Assembly: GCF_022045235.1 (NCBI RefSeq)
Contig: NW_027266343.1
Span: forward strand, 51,488,134 to 51,552,133
Reading direction: 5' to 3'
From: Haliotis cracherodii
Lineage: Eukaryota
DNA: 64,000 nucleotides
In this document: positions 1-12,479 of the stretch, in pieces
Layout: each line of letters starts with the position of its first letter
Numbering within the stretch: the first letter of the stretch is position 1
Notes under the pieces: generated by a model
What the model was told of the DNA's origin: nothing
The model's input: the letters and a program-made list of their open reading frames with translations, nothing else
Databases searched by the model: none
Program-made: the position numbers and the translations under genes

Positions 1-76
1 ACATTGTACCCAGGTCGGAAATCGAACCCGGGTCTTCGGCGTGACGAGCGAACGCTTTAACCACTAGGCTTCCCCA
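1..76 (-). mobile_element. SINE family B (tRNA-derived, ~165 bp), head fragment at the window edge
   Basis: Reverse complement of ggggaagcctagtggttaaagcgttcgctcgtcacgccgaagacccgggttcgatttccgacctgggtacaatgt. Confidence 0.6.
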
Positions 77-1256
77 CTGAATACTGGAGGAAAGTGACGC
101 AGTTATATGACATTTTATGATAATAAAGTGAAACACACGCGTGCCACTGTTTGTCAGGCAAAGGATCATGATATTGTGCGAATCTCGCATCGGACGTTGG
201 GCATCCCTGCCTCAATTATATGAGACATAATTTAGCAAGGAAAGTTTACATGTAGATACTGCTATCGTACAGCTGGAGAATATCGTGGGATTATGTTGAC
301 CTTTTCGGAAACGCCTGGGATCATCAATATTTTATAGTGATTCATAAACACGTACTTATGCTATAGCCGGAATCATAGCTTTCTTTAGATAACTGAAAGG
401 GTTTTGTAGCTTTTTCAGAAAGTTCCATTTAAAATACCTATCAAATACGGAATGTTGATTTTTCCTAAAAGAACTTAGTCTGAAGTACTCACGGAAATGA
501 AAAAAAACTTTTTTTCGATCTCAGATTTTAAATAAATGCAGTTAATATACAAAATATATGAATATTCAAACAACTCAATTACAACTAATTGGGCCTTGGT
601 TTTTATGTCTTTTTTACAAGTAAAAGTGTGTAAAAATATGAACAAAACAGACTATTGTGAAACTGAGCATAACCAGGTGTTAGTAGATCAAGGTGAATGT
701 CCGTGACCTATGACACCTTGACGACAGGTGAAAACAGGTGCTTGAAACCCACGTGCATGTAATTTGTCACTGGTTAGTGATTTGTGAGTGGCATTGTGGG
801 ATAGTGAATCATCGTCAAAATATCAGAACGTAAAAGTAACATATTCCCTTCTCAAACCACACCTTACATGTCATTATTATTATGTACATAAACATAGCTG
901 TTATTTTTATTGTTGTTTTGATAACTTTTTTTCCAGGCTAATTTGCATACTGCCTGGACTTTTGAATGTTGAAAGTGCCTACAAATTACCTCCTGTAAAG
1001 TACATTTTGTATTGAGCACTGAGATAAAACTAGCAAATCCAGACTAGTACTTTTTGTTATTTGTTATTTCCTTTTTACGTAATGCTTTGTGTCGATTATT
1101 AAATCCAGCAAAACAGGGTTTTTTCATTTCCATGAGTACTTTAGTATTTACATCCTTGCAACGGACACTCATTTGTATATGACATTTAGGAGAGGAATAG
1201 GCAAACTCCATGGGAACTAATTGTGTTCATGTTCTTGCTGACTGGTTTCGTGTTAT

Positions 1257-1345
1257 ATGAGACCGTCTCATCTCTTTCATATTTATGAGACCATCTCATC
1301 TCTTTCATATTTATGAGACCATCTCATCTCTTTCATATTTAGATC
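1257..1345. repeat. 29-bp tandem repeat, 3 units (tgagaccatctcatctctttcatatttat)
   Basis: Direct reading. Confidence 0.85.
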
Positions 1346-1599
1346 TGTGCATAAAGATTCAGAGTGACAAGTGAGATGACTTCAAGTTTTCAATAGTCAA
1401 GGTTCACTTTGTGTTGAGCAATAATCTAGCAGTTCCAGTTCTTAGAGTCTATATTTCACAATTTGATAAGTAAAATCGAGCATGGTCTTTCTACGAAGAT
1501 TTCAAAGAACGTCATACAAGTCTTGCTCAAAAGTTGTCTGATCAAGGTTACATTCATTTCAAAACGTGTTTTGGCAGACACGGGGAGGACAATTCAAAA

Positions 1600-1860
1600 T
1601 TTGACACATCAACAAAAGTGATGTTCGATGCAATTCCCTATTTAGACTTGTAGCCCATGTTGCCGTGTTTTCTGCGGGTGAACAATTGGCTTTCCTTTAC
1701 ATGTGTTTCTGACGGGTGATACCGGTGTGGCAGGCAGGATACGCTCACCTATTCGCGAACACGTGGTATCATCACTATTTGAGGGTGATGCATGGTCGCA
1801 TGCTCATGATAAAGTCGGCTTTAGCAGAGAGTTTTTGTGGCAACGGAAGGTGATTTCACA
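1600..1860 (+). repeat. Unclassified ~270-bp interspersed repeat family R5
   Basis: Shares gatgt(c/t)cgatgcaattccctattttgacttg...tggtatcatcactatttga with 3225-3445(+), 4455-4760(-), 8670-8930(+), 13870-14045(-, internally deleted), 14690-14860(-), 26310-26500(+) and 33930-34225(-). Confidence 0.5.
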
Positions 1861-1907
1861 TGCATATCATGGTTATGTGTCCACTTTGTGAATAGCCACG
1901 CAATAAA

Positions 1908-2141
1908 GAGTGTTGTTTAACGCCGCACTCAGCAATATTCCAGCTATATAACGCCGATCTGTAAATAATCGAGTCTGGACCAGACGATCCAGTGATTGAT
2001 TTCGCATCAATCCACATAATTGGGATCGATGACATGCATCAACCAAGTCAGCGAGCCTGACCACCTTATCCCGTTAGTCGCCTCTTACGACAAGCATAGT
2101 CGCCTTTTACGGCAATCATGGGTTGCTGAAGACCTATTCTA
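1908..2141 (-). mobile_element. SINE family C, 5'-truncated
   Basis: Reverse complement of the body consensus, ending gttgtttaacgccgcactcagc. Confidence 0.75.
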
Positions 2142-3564
2142 ATTCCTAACGTTAAATAGTAAACAGGTGTTATTAGATAGCGAAACTCCATATTTTGAGG
2201 TAGGAAACATAGCGTGCTTTGCCAAATTAGCTATAAGAAGTATTTAGAGTTGGCGGAGAACTGAGTTCTATGACACCACATGGGAATGTAAATAATACTA
2301 TCCTTTCTCTTTGTTCTGATGACATTCAATCATTAGTAAAAATAGTTTATTGATTAAGAGAGAGGAATTGCGAAAATTGAGTTATATTACCGTTGCCTAG
2401 TTGTGTTTATTTTCGCTTTTTCAATTACTGAATACAGAAAGAATTCTCATGTGTATGCATGGAAAATAATGTTAAACAATTAATACATGCACATTGTCAA
2501 GGGTGTATGGTGCATGCTTCGTCGTTAGGCTCAGAAACTTCCAGTAGAATTGTATCAATTGTAGTGTCAGTGTAGTTTCCTGCATTATTGCCGTAACTCA
2601 TGCAGCGCTACTACATCACAGTAATCAGTTAGAGAAATGTTGCATGGCCTTTTGTACTTCTACACTTTATATTGTCGCTACGATGAAGCTGTCAGTTTAG
2701 CCCATCATTTATTTAGCATTCATGTAAAATAATGACATGATCTTAGAACCTTTAATATTGACGAATGACGTACAAAAATATACGTTTGTGGTTTGACACC
2801 AAAGATGTTTGCAACGTGACGTAGTGTTGACCCAATTTTAAGTATACAAATGCATCTAATTTATTCTTCGGTCGTCAAATGACGTCTTGGACGAATGACG
2901 TTTAACTTAATTATTTTGGAGTGCAAATGATGATACCCAAAATACGTGTGTTTGGCAATATTATCAGTACTTTCAGTTCAATGAGATATTCTTGACTATT
3001 TGGGTTTTTTAAAAATTGATTTTGATTTTGAAATTAATTTAAAGAAACAAATAGCAAAAAATATTGCAAAAATATGTATAACGTGTCTAAATGTAGTCTA
3101 TACATGTCACAACTTTAGTCGTCTTGGCCTTGCTGTGTCTGACAAGATCAAGATTAATATATTTCTCAATTTGAATAATTTAAACAGACTTTCACATCTT
3201 CAGTACTTGAACTAATATTAGTCATTTCCTTCATTTTTTATTACATCTTCCACTTTGCAATTCCCTATTTTGACTTGTGCCATAAGTTCTCGTGTATGTT
3301 CACGTGAATACTTGACTTGCCCGGGTTGTTTGTGACGGGTGCGACGGGTCACTATTTCAGATTGGTTCATAATCAATGCTTATGATATTGTTGGTATTGA
3401 ACACTGGAGATTTCCTATGATTATGGAAAAGGTTTTGTAGCTGTTATTCTGATCACTGAATCTTGGGGTTTTGAAAATAAGATAAATAAACATAGAAGTT
3501 TTGCCATTTTCCTAAACAATATGTCTCAGATTAACGAGGGCTACACATCTTCCTAACAGTTAAG

Positions 3565-3863
3565 GGGGCACGGGTGGCCCAGTCGTTTAAGGCGCCGCAA
3601 GTCGCTGTGCAAAGTTGCGTCCCTTGGGCACGCCAGAAACCTATGATTGCGGGTTCGAATCCCAGTTCGCCCCGATTATGGTTCTAGGTTTGTCAGCACC
3701 ATATCCGTTCTCGTGGGTTTCACTGAAGTGGTAAACGTCTAAGACCTGTATCACTTCGGGCTTTCCTCCAACATTAAGCTAACACTCCGTGATATAAATG
3801 GAATACTGTTAAAAGCGGCGTTAAACACAACTCACTCACTCACTCACTCACTCACTCACTCAC
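3565..3863 (+). mobile_element. SINE family A (tRNA-derived, ~290 bp, (CACT)n tail), full length
   Basis: The head gggggcacgggtggcccagtcg has an A-box and a B-box (ggttcgaatcc), and the tail is (cact)n. Perfect 14-bp TSD tcctaacagttaag at 3551-3564 and 3864-3877. Confidence 0.85.
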
Positions 3864-4454
3864 TCCTAACAGTTAAGTGTTAATGGCGTTGTTGTTATTA
3901 GAAGAAAGCATATTATAGCAAGCATTTTCGAACAGCTTTAATTTCAGCATTGATTAAATCTACCTCCAGTAATGGTGCTTCACGTTTTACGTTTCACTTG
4001 TAACCTTCAGCCGGCTCGGTGAACGTCAACAAAAAGAATGCAGACAGCTTACTGACAATGATGTTTGCTTCGTTCGTAAAACTATTAATGATCTACCTAA
4101 TACGACCTTCTCCGTGCGTGTATTGAGTGTTATTGATTGACAGCATGGCGAGTTTCAGCTTCATTGGTTCGGTTGTTGTAGATACGACGTTCTCGAACGG
4201 CGGCGGACAAAAGACACGGAATAAAACGACTTAGGCTTTTGCAAATTTAAACAGGTGGAAAGCCTTTGTGATGAATTCCCAAGTGCATAACACACATCAA
4301 TTAGGATATTGACTGACATCGCGACTGAATCCTCTATTTGCGGGTTGAATGTTGCATAACGCCGTAGTCAGCAAAGTGGCGGCCACGTCCCGACGACCCG
4401 TAAGTGGTCGAATCAGATGATAGTATTACAGTAGATGATAGTGATAATAATCAA

Positions 4455-4760
4455 TCCCCAAATCCCTTTCCATATCCAATAGAATTATCTGCATAAAACA
4501 GAGTCATTTGTACGAATCCGACTATATAATGAGCATGTGTTAATGAATCACAATCAAATAGTAATGATACCAGGTGTTCGCGAAAAGGTCAGCGTATTCT
4601 GCCCCACCGTTGGCACCTGTCACAAACACATGCAAAGCAAAGTCAAATGTTCCCCTGAAAAGAAACACGGGAACATATGGTACTAGACAAAATAGGGAAT
4701 TGCATCGGACATCATTTTTGTCACTGATGCGTCAAATTTGGAAATGTCCTCAACCTGAAA
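4455..4760 (-). repeat. R5 interspersed repeat copy
   Basis: Reverse complement of the 8670 copy. Its 5' segment aaccctttccata.ccaa.agaa.tatctgcaaaaa...gtcatttgtacgattcc is shared with 33930-34010. Confidence 0.5.
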
Positions 4761-5688
4761 GCTTTACTGAGGCCTTGACTGTTGTGTTGGAGGGGTGAAG
4801 ATTGGAAAGGGGAAAAATAACTTAATGTTGATAAAGTGATGAAAAAAGGAACAAATTTGGATTATGATGGGGAGAGAGCACATGAGAGTGATAATAAATA
4901 AATAGAATTAGTTAAGCTGCTTTTACACAGATAGCCTAGACTAGAAAAGGAAAAGGGGTTACAACTCTGTTAACCTAGAAAAAGGAGTAGTAGAGTCGGT
5001 TAAGACTGGTAAGACTGGTAGTTCGTAAAGGCTTTGCGTTGGCGTAGATGGTAAATAGTGTCTCCTGAGGCACTGGGGTGATTGAAGACACTCTGCGATT
5101 TCAGCAGAGTTCCGGCTAGTAGTATCTGCGCTAGTTGGTAGTCCCATTCCGTGATTGGTGTGAGATGTTTCTTAATGTAACTGGCTCCTGAATTGCTGAT
5201 AAACGGAGCTGTGAGTGTTCGTCCCTGTTCCTAGGTTTCGCTGAGAAAGGAATTGACGTCTTGTAGTGTGAGTATTTCATGATCGAAGCGTTCATGTCCT
5301 TAGTACTGGACCATTGTGCAAGAGCACCAAGGTTGCACGAGGTTGTGAGCTTTTATTAACTTTTATTCCATGGCGTTGGATGATGTATGGAGTGGGGAGA
5401 ATGTACTACTGGTTTAATACTTTGTTAGCTGTATCCACCAGTGATTTCAATGTCAAGTCATTGGACAACGATGACCGCTGGACGGGACTGCCGCATGCTG
5501 ATGGAAGTCGGACAATTAAGAGAGATGGGAGCGGTGCGTTCACTAGACCGTGACCAGACTGGTTTTGCGACCCGGTGCCAGCTGACAAAATGTTTCAGGT
5601 TTCAGTATGGTCGAAGTGCAATGTCAAAAGTTCAAATGGGAAGGACAAAGCCTCGAAGATGATCCAGAATCAGGAAGATATTCAGTGA

Positions 5689-5801
5689 ATGAGTGAGTGA
5701 GTATGGTTTTACGCCGCTTTTAGCAATATTCCAGCAATATCACGGCGGGGGACATCAGCGTGACGAGCGAACGCTTTGACCACTAGGCTACCCGACCGCC
5801 C
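5689..5801 (-). mobile_element. SINE family B with an internal deletion, nested in the mariner-like element
   Basis: Head ggggcggtcgggtagcctagtggtcaaagcgttcgctcgtcacgc... and tail (actc)n. Flanking TSD-like gaagaNattcag. Confidence 0.7.
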
Positions 5802-5880
5802 CATGAAGACATTCAGCTGTCACCACGAAGGAAATGCATGATATGACTATGGATAATCGACGACACGTCATATAGCAAAT

Positions 5881-6030
5881 GGGGCGGTCGGGTTCGCTCG
5901 TCACGCCGAAGACCCGGGTTCGATTCCCGACATGGGTACAATGTGTGAAGCCCATTTCTGGTGTCCCCCGTCGTGATACTGCTGGAATATTGCTAAAAGC
6001 GGCACAAAACCATACTCACTCACTAACTCA
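5881..6030 (+). mobile_element. SINE family B, nested in the mariner-like element
   Basis: ggggcggtcgggttcgctcgtcacgccgaagacccgggttcgattcccgac...ccatactcactcact. Flanked by catat(a/c)gcaaat. Confidence 0.8.
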
Positions 6031-7036
6031 TATCGCAAATACAGTGATGAGAGAATTGTGAACATTCTGAGGAATGAATTGCTCATGACAAAGGATTCAG
6101 CAAGCTGGGTTGCAAGGCTTCTGACACCTCAGAAACGTTCCAGGTCCTCACATAAAAATTGGGGTCATTTTGAAACAGACACATCTGATTTTGTTGAGCG
6201 ATGTGTAACCATGGATGAGTCTTAGGTTCACCACTATCAGCCAGAGACTGAACGTAAGTCATAGCATTGGAAACATTCAACTTCTCCACCTCCGAAAAGT
6301 AGGAAAGATCGTTTTCATCAACTGATAATGCGATGGCTCCAGTTTTCTGGGATTTAAAAACATAGCTACATGTGTACATGTCAGTATTGTGCTCGGCTTT
6401 GGCAACTGTGAGAGAACATCAGGTCTAAATGACGTGGAAAACTCACTAAAACGTGTGTAGTTCCACAGGGACAATGTACCTGTTCATAAGTCTAGTGTCA
6501 CCACGGTTGCAACGTATGACTTTGACCCTGAACTCATTGAACATCTTCCATATTCACCTGATTTGGCACCGTGAGAATTCAACCACTTCCCAAACTGGAA
6601 GAAAAAACTCTCTGGCAAGTATTATGCAAATTTCGACGTAATTTCTACTGTGTGGGCTTTTTAATAGCACTAGGAGGAGGACGTTTATATGAGTGGGATC
6701 CAGGCACTCCAGCATCGTTGGGAGAAGTGGGTGGACCTCGGAGGTGATTAGGTTAAAAAATACTTAGCAACAAACTCCACCAACACAATCCATTAAAGTT
6801 AGAATTTTCAGCCGCCCCTCGTGTCACATCTCATCTGTCCACACGAGGAACGGTAGCAATACCCCATAAATAAAAGGCCACTTAAGTGGGGGACTGAGGG
6901 AAGATATAGCTGGGCGCAGAGTGACTCTCACTACTGAGGATTGTATATGGTGGCTGAATAGAGGGATGACTATCAAATTCAGATGTTCTCTTACTTACTT
7001 ATACCAAGCCATCATACACATTTAACATTGCAGACT

Positions 7037-7150
7037 TTGGCATTGTAGGTCACTCACTCACTCACCATCAGGGCATTTCTATTCAGGGTTGTTCTGCAGC
7101 GCTGGTATCGCCAAAGACGGATGCGGACGGTACTTGATATATCGACTATA
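7037..7150 (-). pseudogene. Diverged duplicate of SLC23-like exon 3 plus its (GTGA)n donor, with an in-frame stop
   Basis: The reverse complement ...cgatatatcaagtaccgtccgcatccgtctttggcgataccagcgctgcagaacaaccctgaatagaaatgccctgatggtgagtgagtgagtg is about 75% identical to exon 3 (35530-35615) and has TAG in place of TGG. Confidence 0.6.
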
Positions 7151-7449
7151 TGTAGGATTATTTCAAGTACATTACATGGCAGCCAGGATGTTTACTAGTA
7201 TATGCGTCTTGTTAAAATTTAACTTGGGACCATCGAGCATTTTAGTATCCTTGATTGTTGCAATAGACAAGACATGTTATGATCGATGCAGCATGGGTTC
7301 GATACGGTCGTATAAACAGTGATATACGTTTATGTTTTCTTATCACTCATAGTAGGAAGGTTAAACTAAGCATTGATTGATGACAGTCAAGGAAACCACA
7401 CACACTTGAAATCTTAACCTACGTTTTTCCTAAGATGTAAACCACGACA

Positions 7450-8300
7450 AGCAGGTTTATGATATAATATACCGACTGATGAAATCATAGTCAAGGTGTA
7501 AAGACGATAATTGTAAGCAAAGTTCATTTCTGGCCTGTAGATCAATATCTGGTGTGTACACTATGGTGAGACATGCACGACACCTTGATGGCATACAGTT
7601 GATTAACTTGCGAATGGTTGACCTTGATGTTGCCCGCCATTCCGCCTGAAGAGCTACCCCAAACTGGGCCACGTTCCCTGGCGTACGCTTCCGCCCGAGA
7701 ACATCCCGGCTCAATCCAATGTCTGTATGCCTTCTCGTCGGAGATAATCGGCGACGACCAACGCACGATGTAGTCTGGCATTGTAATCGATGAACAAGCG
7801 AATGGAACAACTACAGGTCGCAATATTTCGTCAACAATATTTCGTCGCTGGCCAGTCAAATGTCAATTCCCAACGACCAAATAAGTTTGCTTGTCATAAG
7901 TACTACAGCCCCACACCATGAAACTACGGAACAAACTACGTCGCTAAAAACGTTTTCTGCCATCTGTGAATCGAAGGCAAAACATAGATTCGTCTGAAAC
8001 TATTGTATAATGCCATTGGTGCATAGACAGAGCTTGGTGTTGCATAGCCCACCCCAATCTTTGCCGCCCATGGTTAGCTTTTGGGGCCACACCCTTGCTT
8101 TCTGGCGAGCTGCATAGAAATTCGCCTTTCTGTTATTGTACAGAATGCTCCATTGGTAACAGGGATATATTTGAATCTGTTGCGTATACATGTAATGAGA
8201 CGATTTTGTTCAGGGGTTGTTAGTTTAGGCCTGCCACGCCTAGGTCCATTGCAACCCAACACGTTTGACAGTGGAGAAATTACACTTTTTCATTTGCCAT
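7450..8300 (-). pseudogene. Tc1-like transposase pseudogene (frameshifted)
   Basis: Minus-strand ORF pieces: GRPKLTTPEQNRLI (HTH), WSILYNNRKANFYAARQKARVW (DDE start), GVALQAEWRATSRSTIRKLINCMPSRCRACL and ...HSVHTRY (C-terminus). Confidence 0.55.
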
Positions 8301-8669
8301 TCGTGCAACTTGGGATATTGACGACCCATCACCAGCTACCTCCTTATTTTGGTCGATAGTGTGTTTCATCACATTTTGTTATTCCAGTGGCATGGCTTAA
8401 TAATTAACATATTTGCAGTCAATAGTGTCAGTTGTAAACCATGTTGATGTGAATAAGCTATAAAGGGGATGAGAGGATTAACCTTCCTCCGTGATCAGAA
8501 AGCATTCAGTTTTATGTCTTCCGAGTGACTCGCTTCGATAAAGCATTGTTGATGGTTTTTGCGTCAACGTGTATAGGACTCTTGCTTAGAAGTTGTTTGC
8601 TCAAGTTTACAACATTCAAGGCATCAGTAAAGCTTTCAAAAACTGACAATACGGAGAACATTTCCAAAT

Positions 8670-8930
8670 TGTACACATTAGAGACAATATTGATGTCCGA
8701 TGCAATTCCTTATTTTGACTTGAAACATATGTTCCAGTGTTTTTTAGATGAACATATGACTTGCTTTGGCATGTGTTTGTGAAATGTGCCACCGGTGGGG
8801 CAGGGTAGTCTCATCTCTTGGTTCACACCTGGTATCATCACTATTTGATAGGGATTAATAAACACATGTTCAAGATATAGTGGGAATCGTACAATGGACT
8901 CTACTTTAAATAGCGATTTTTTATGATGAT
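8670..8930 (+). repeat. R5 interspersed repeat copy
   Basis: 4570-4720 is its reverse complement. No TIRs or tRNA head were found. Confidence 0.5.
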
Positions 8931-8989
8931 GAAAAGGGTATTGTGGCTTTTATTTGAACGAGGTTTCGATGTCCCTAGTTCTATTCCTT

Positions 8990-11300
8990 GACAGAGCATC
9001 CTTTCTCACCTAATGCCGAGAGTGGCTTGAATTAGCCTGGTTATGCCATTCAGTATTTATAAGAAAGTGCTTTTCATCTTCAACAGTGCGGATATTTATA
9101 GTATTAAAACAGTTTTTACAAATTCTTTCACATAGTAGGGTTGGTGGTTTAGAATAACGTCCAGTTTCTATAGCAAGGGGTAAACTTCCACATCGGAACA
9201 AAGCTAAAACACGGCGTTGGTCCTTATAGCTAAGCTTAAAAACATAACTTTCAACAGTTAAGTCTGATTTAAAAAGCCTCTTATGTTCTTAACCTATTAC
9301 CATTTATGGTATTTCTATCATCCCAAATATTATTTTTCCTTTCTGTTGATCATCGTGTCTGAAAATATCCATGCATTTTTGTATTTTGGCCTTTTAGGGA
9401 TGGAGGATAACAGGATTTTGTCTACATTAAACTTACAGGCAATTTTTTCAACTCTGCTTCTCCATGATGTTTTAGATCGTTTCGACATGTTAAACATAAG
9501 TTTTGCTTGTTTTACGAGTATTTCCACTTGAAAACTTAATGCACAGTTCAAAACATTCGTGACAGTTTTAACAATTTGCGAAATAAAACCCATATCGCCG
9601 TTAACAGGTAGGTTAGGTGTTCTCTTAACAACTCCAAGAAAGAAGCGACATGCTTTGTTCTGCAATGTGTTGATCTCTATGTATGTGTTAATGCCCCATA
9701 ATCCGAAGCCGTACAACATAACTGGTTCAACCAAAGTTTCATACAGCTTTTTAAACACATCATATGACATGCCGCCAGCAGCCTCAATATTAAAAAATAA
9801 TAATAAATAATAAATAAATGTTCTACTGGCATATTTATACTGTTCTCTGTCAGATTTCTTCATATCAAGATGTTCGTTCAAACAGATACCGAGGTATCTA
9901 TAACACTCGGCATACTCAGTGGTATTACATGTGAAAACAAAATAAGATTTCGTCACTGAAGGACATCTAAAATTTGCTATTTGTTTTACTTGCATTTACA
10001 GTTTATTTCAAATGGTTGCACCACACATCTAAAACATTCAACAGTGTCTGTAAAGACGTTGCGTCAGGCGCTATAATATATCACCTGCATTCATCAAAAT
10101 TGATCTCATTTCATCATCAAGTTGAACACCACAGTTGAGATCATTAATACAATGGGTTAAGTCGTTTATATAAACAGCAAATAACATTGGGGATAACTTG
10201 CACCCCTGTTTGACACCAGACATCACTGGGAAAGCATCAGTAAAATGTTCATTGAACAACACAGTTAACATTGTCACAGAGAGATTGGATGGCATCTTAT
10301 ACCAAGTTGGAACAATTTAAACCACATGCATTCCCGATTAACGGTGTCGGATGTTGTTGTTTTGAAAAAAATCAACGAAGCAAACAAAAGTGGAATTTAT
10401 TTGGCTTTTTGTGTCTGACTTAAAGACGATAAAACATCAAGATGATCAATACTATCTCTGTTAGAACGGAAACCATTCAGTTCATCGACTAAATGTCATT
10501 TTCTCCAATCAATTGCTCAAACGAGTGTTAAGAATATCAGCACAAATCTTGCCAAGAACTGATATAAGGGTTATGCCCCGACATTCAATTGGGTTACGGG
10601 GATCACTCATGCCTTCATTCAACTTGGAGGGCACTACTCCGTTATTCAAACAATATTTGATGATTCTATGCAGTAATTCAACACAGGCAGAGTGCCGACG
10701 AACCTCAGAAGGTATATCAAGGCAACACGCCTTACCACGTTTAGCATTAAATCAGCTTTTTCGACTTCCAACCCGTCGACCGGTTTATTTAAGGCAGACA
10801 TATCTATATTTCTTTTGGTCATAGGTTAAAGATCTTTCATAAAAGTAAAAACTTCACTTTGTGAATCTTGTGGGGAGCTATATAAGCGATGGTAAGCACT
10901 TTTCCACTTATCAAGAACAACTTTGTTATCATAAAAAGCATTGCCGTTATCATCTATAACTTCAGAGGGAATTCTTTTCTTCCTGTCTTTTGCCAGACCA
11001 AACTTGCCAATAGATTTCCAAACATCTTTCCCTTCATGCTCTTTATATAACGTATCAAGTCTATTTTGCTCTTCAAGAGAATATGCACGTTTTGCCCTTC
11101 GGTTCATTTTGTCAAAGTCTTTCCCGCACTCTCTGTAAACAGCACGTAAATGTCGTTTAGTTAAAACAGTTTAACTTTCAACCACTCCCTTTCACGCTTA
11201 CAAACTCATTCCCACATGTCTTGAAGTTCATTGTTCCAATAAGGTTTAGATCTGCTCTTTTTGTTGTTTATATTACTTTTTGTGTTTGCTTTGTTTAGTT
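8990..11300 (-). mobile_element. Non-LTR retrotransposon (LINE) fragment: RT and C-terminal Cys/His domain, 5'-truncated and frameshifted
   Basis: The ORF at 10071-10295 contains GVKQGCKLSPMLFAVYINDL (RT motif). ORF 9330-9995 is the RT thumb/C-terminal region. ORF 9010-9201 is a Cys/His-rich tail homologous to the tail of the 45.0-46.6 kb LINE. Confidence 0.7.
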
Positions 11301-11794
11301 TAGTTTCCATCTCATCAATAATAATTTACTTTTCAGTCAAAGGCAAACTGCAACATATGAGCGTTGGGTCGTTAATGCGAACGGCCGCTAGGAATGTATT
11401 TGTCGAGAGTTAGTCCAGCCATGGGAATGAAAGAATATTATTATTATGTTATATTATGTTAATATAAGGTTTCATCTCTCATGCCAAACATACGCTTCAA
11501 ATTTCAGTAACTCCCAAAAACAGACATTGTTATATAAGTTTTCAAACCATGTACGATGTATGGTCTTTGTTTCTAACATGAGGTGAAATTGGGTTTAACG
11601 TCACGTCCAAGATTATTGCAATCATTCTGAGACGTGCATGCACGTGTGTGTGTGGCTGCTTGTACTAGTCCGGACTGATGCCGATTTATAGTTCTAGCCC
11701 ACTGAGATGCCAGTTTAATATGAATTGCCCACTCAGACACAGTATTATGACTCCGAGCCATCCAGTCCTTGTTTTAGCCCCTTAATGCCGAACC

Positions 11795-11895
11795 CCAGAC
11801 AGGGTAACAACAAGTACCATCTTTTAACGTCTTTTGGTGTGCTGCGGCCGGGGATCGAACCCCGGACCTTCCGCTCTCCGGGTGGACGCACTACC
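11795..11895 (-). mobile_element. SINE family C tRNA-like head only
   Basis: rc = aatggtagtgcgtccacccggagagcggaaggtccggggttcgatccccggccgcagcacacca, with a perfect T-arm CGGGG-TTCGATC-CCCCG. Confidence 0.55.
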
Positions 11896-12479
11896 ATTGT
11901 TAACTACGTGTATTTTACAGGTTTCTTTCTGCATTAGAGTGTGCGACAACGGTGTGGGGTCTTGTAAATACATTTCAAGTGTAACATAAGCACTTGATAA
12001 ACTAATTGATCAATCAGCTGAAAGCTGCAGAGGACTGATATTCACATTCTGTAGGATTAATATCGTTCACAAACCTGCACGTTCTGTCAACGTAGGTATG
12101 GGGAAAAAATCAGGTCGATCGAAAAATTATTAATGTAAACATTCCAATTTCAACACTATCTTTTATCTCCTCTCGCGGCTTGTCATAATTCATTTTTGGA
12201 GAGTTTTTTTAAGATAACTTGTCAACGGGTTTTAATTATAACATTTTACGTAGTTTATTTATATTGATAGCGACAGAAAATGAGTTCGTTTTTTAACTTT
12301 GAATTAATAAAAATGCTTTTTATTTTATATTAGTTATATTACAATCCTTTGGAGTCGGAGGATTCGTAAACCAAGATTTCATAGAGTCTCATAGATGTAT
12401 TTGAGTCACTAGTGAGAATGGCCATCTTGTTGATGATGCATGCGGGGCAGCCTACATTCGGTCGACACACCGAAACCAT

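Larger units (their letters stand above)
5319..6790 (+). mobile_element. mariner-like DNA transposon (decayed transposase) carrying two nested SINE-B insertions
   Basis: Translation of the plus strand 6090-6720 gives ITMDESWVHHYQPE...HPWLH...PYSPDLAP...RWEKWVDLGGD, matching mariner motifs recalled from memory, with stops. The N-terminal HTH-like CRMLMEVGQ lies at 5441-5662. The left TIR-like ccaaggttgcacgaggttgtgag resembles ttaggttggtgcaaaagtaattg. Confidence 0.6.
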
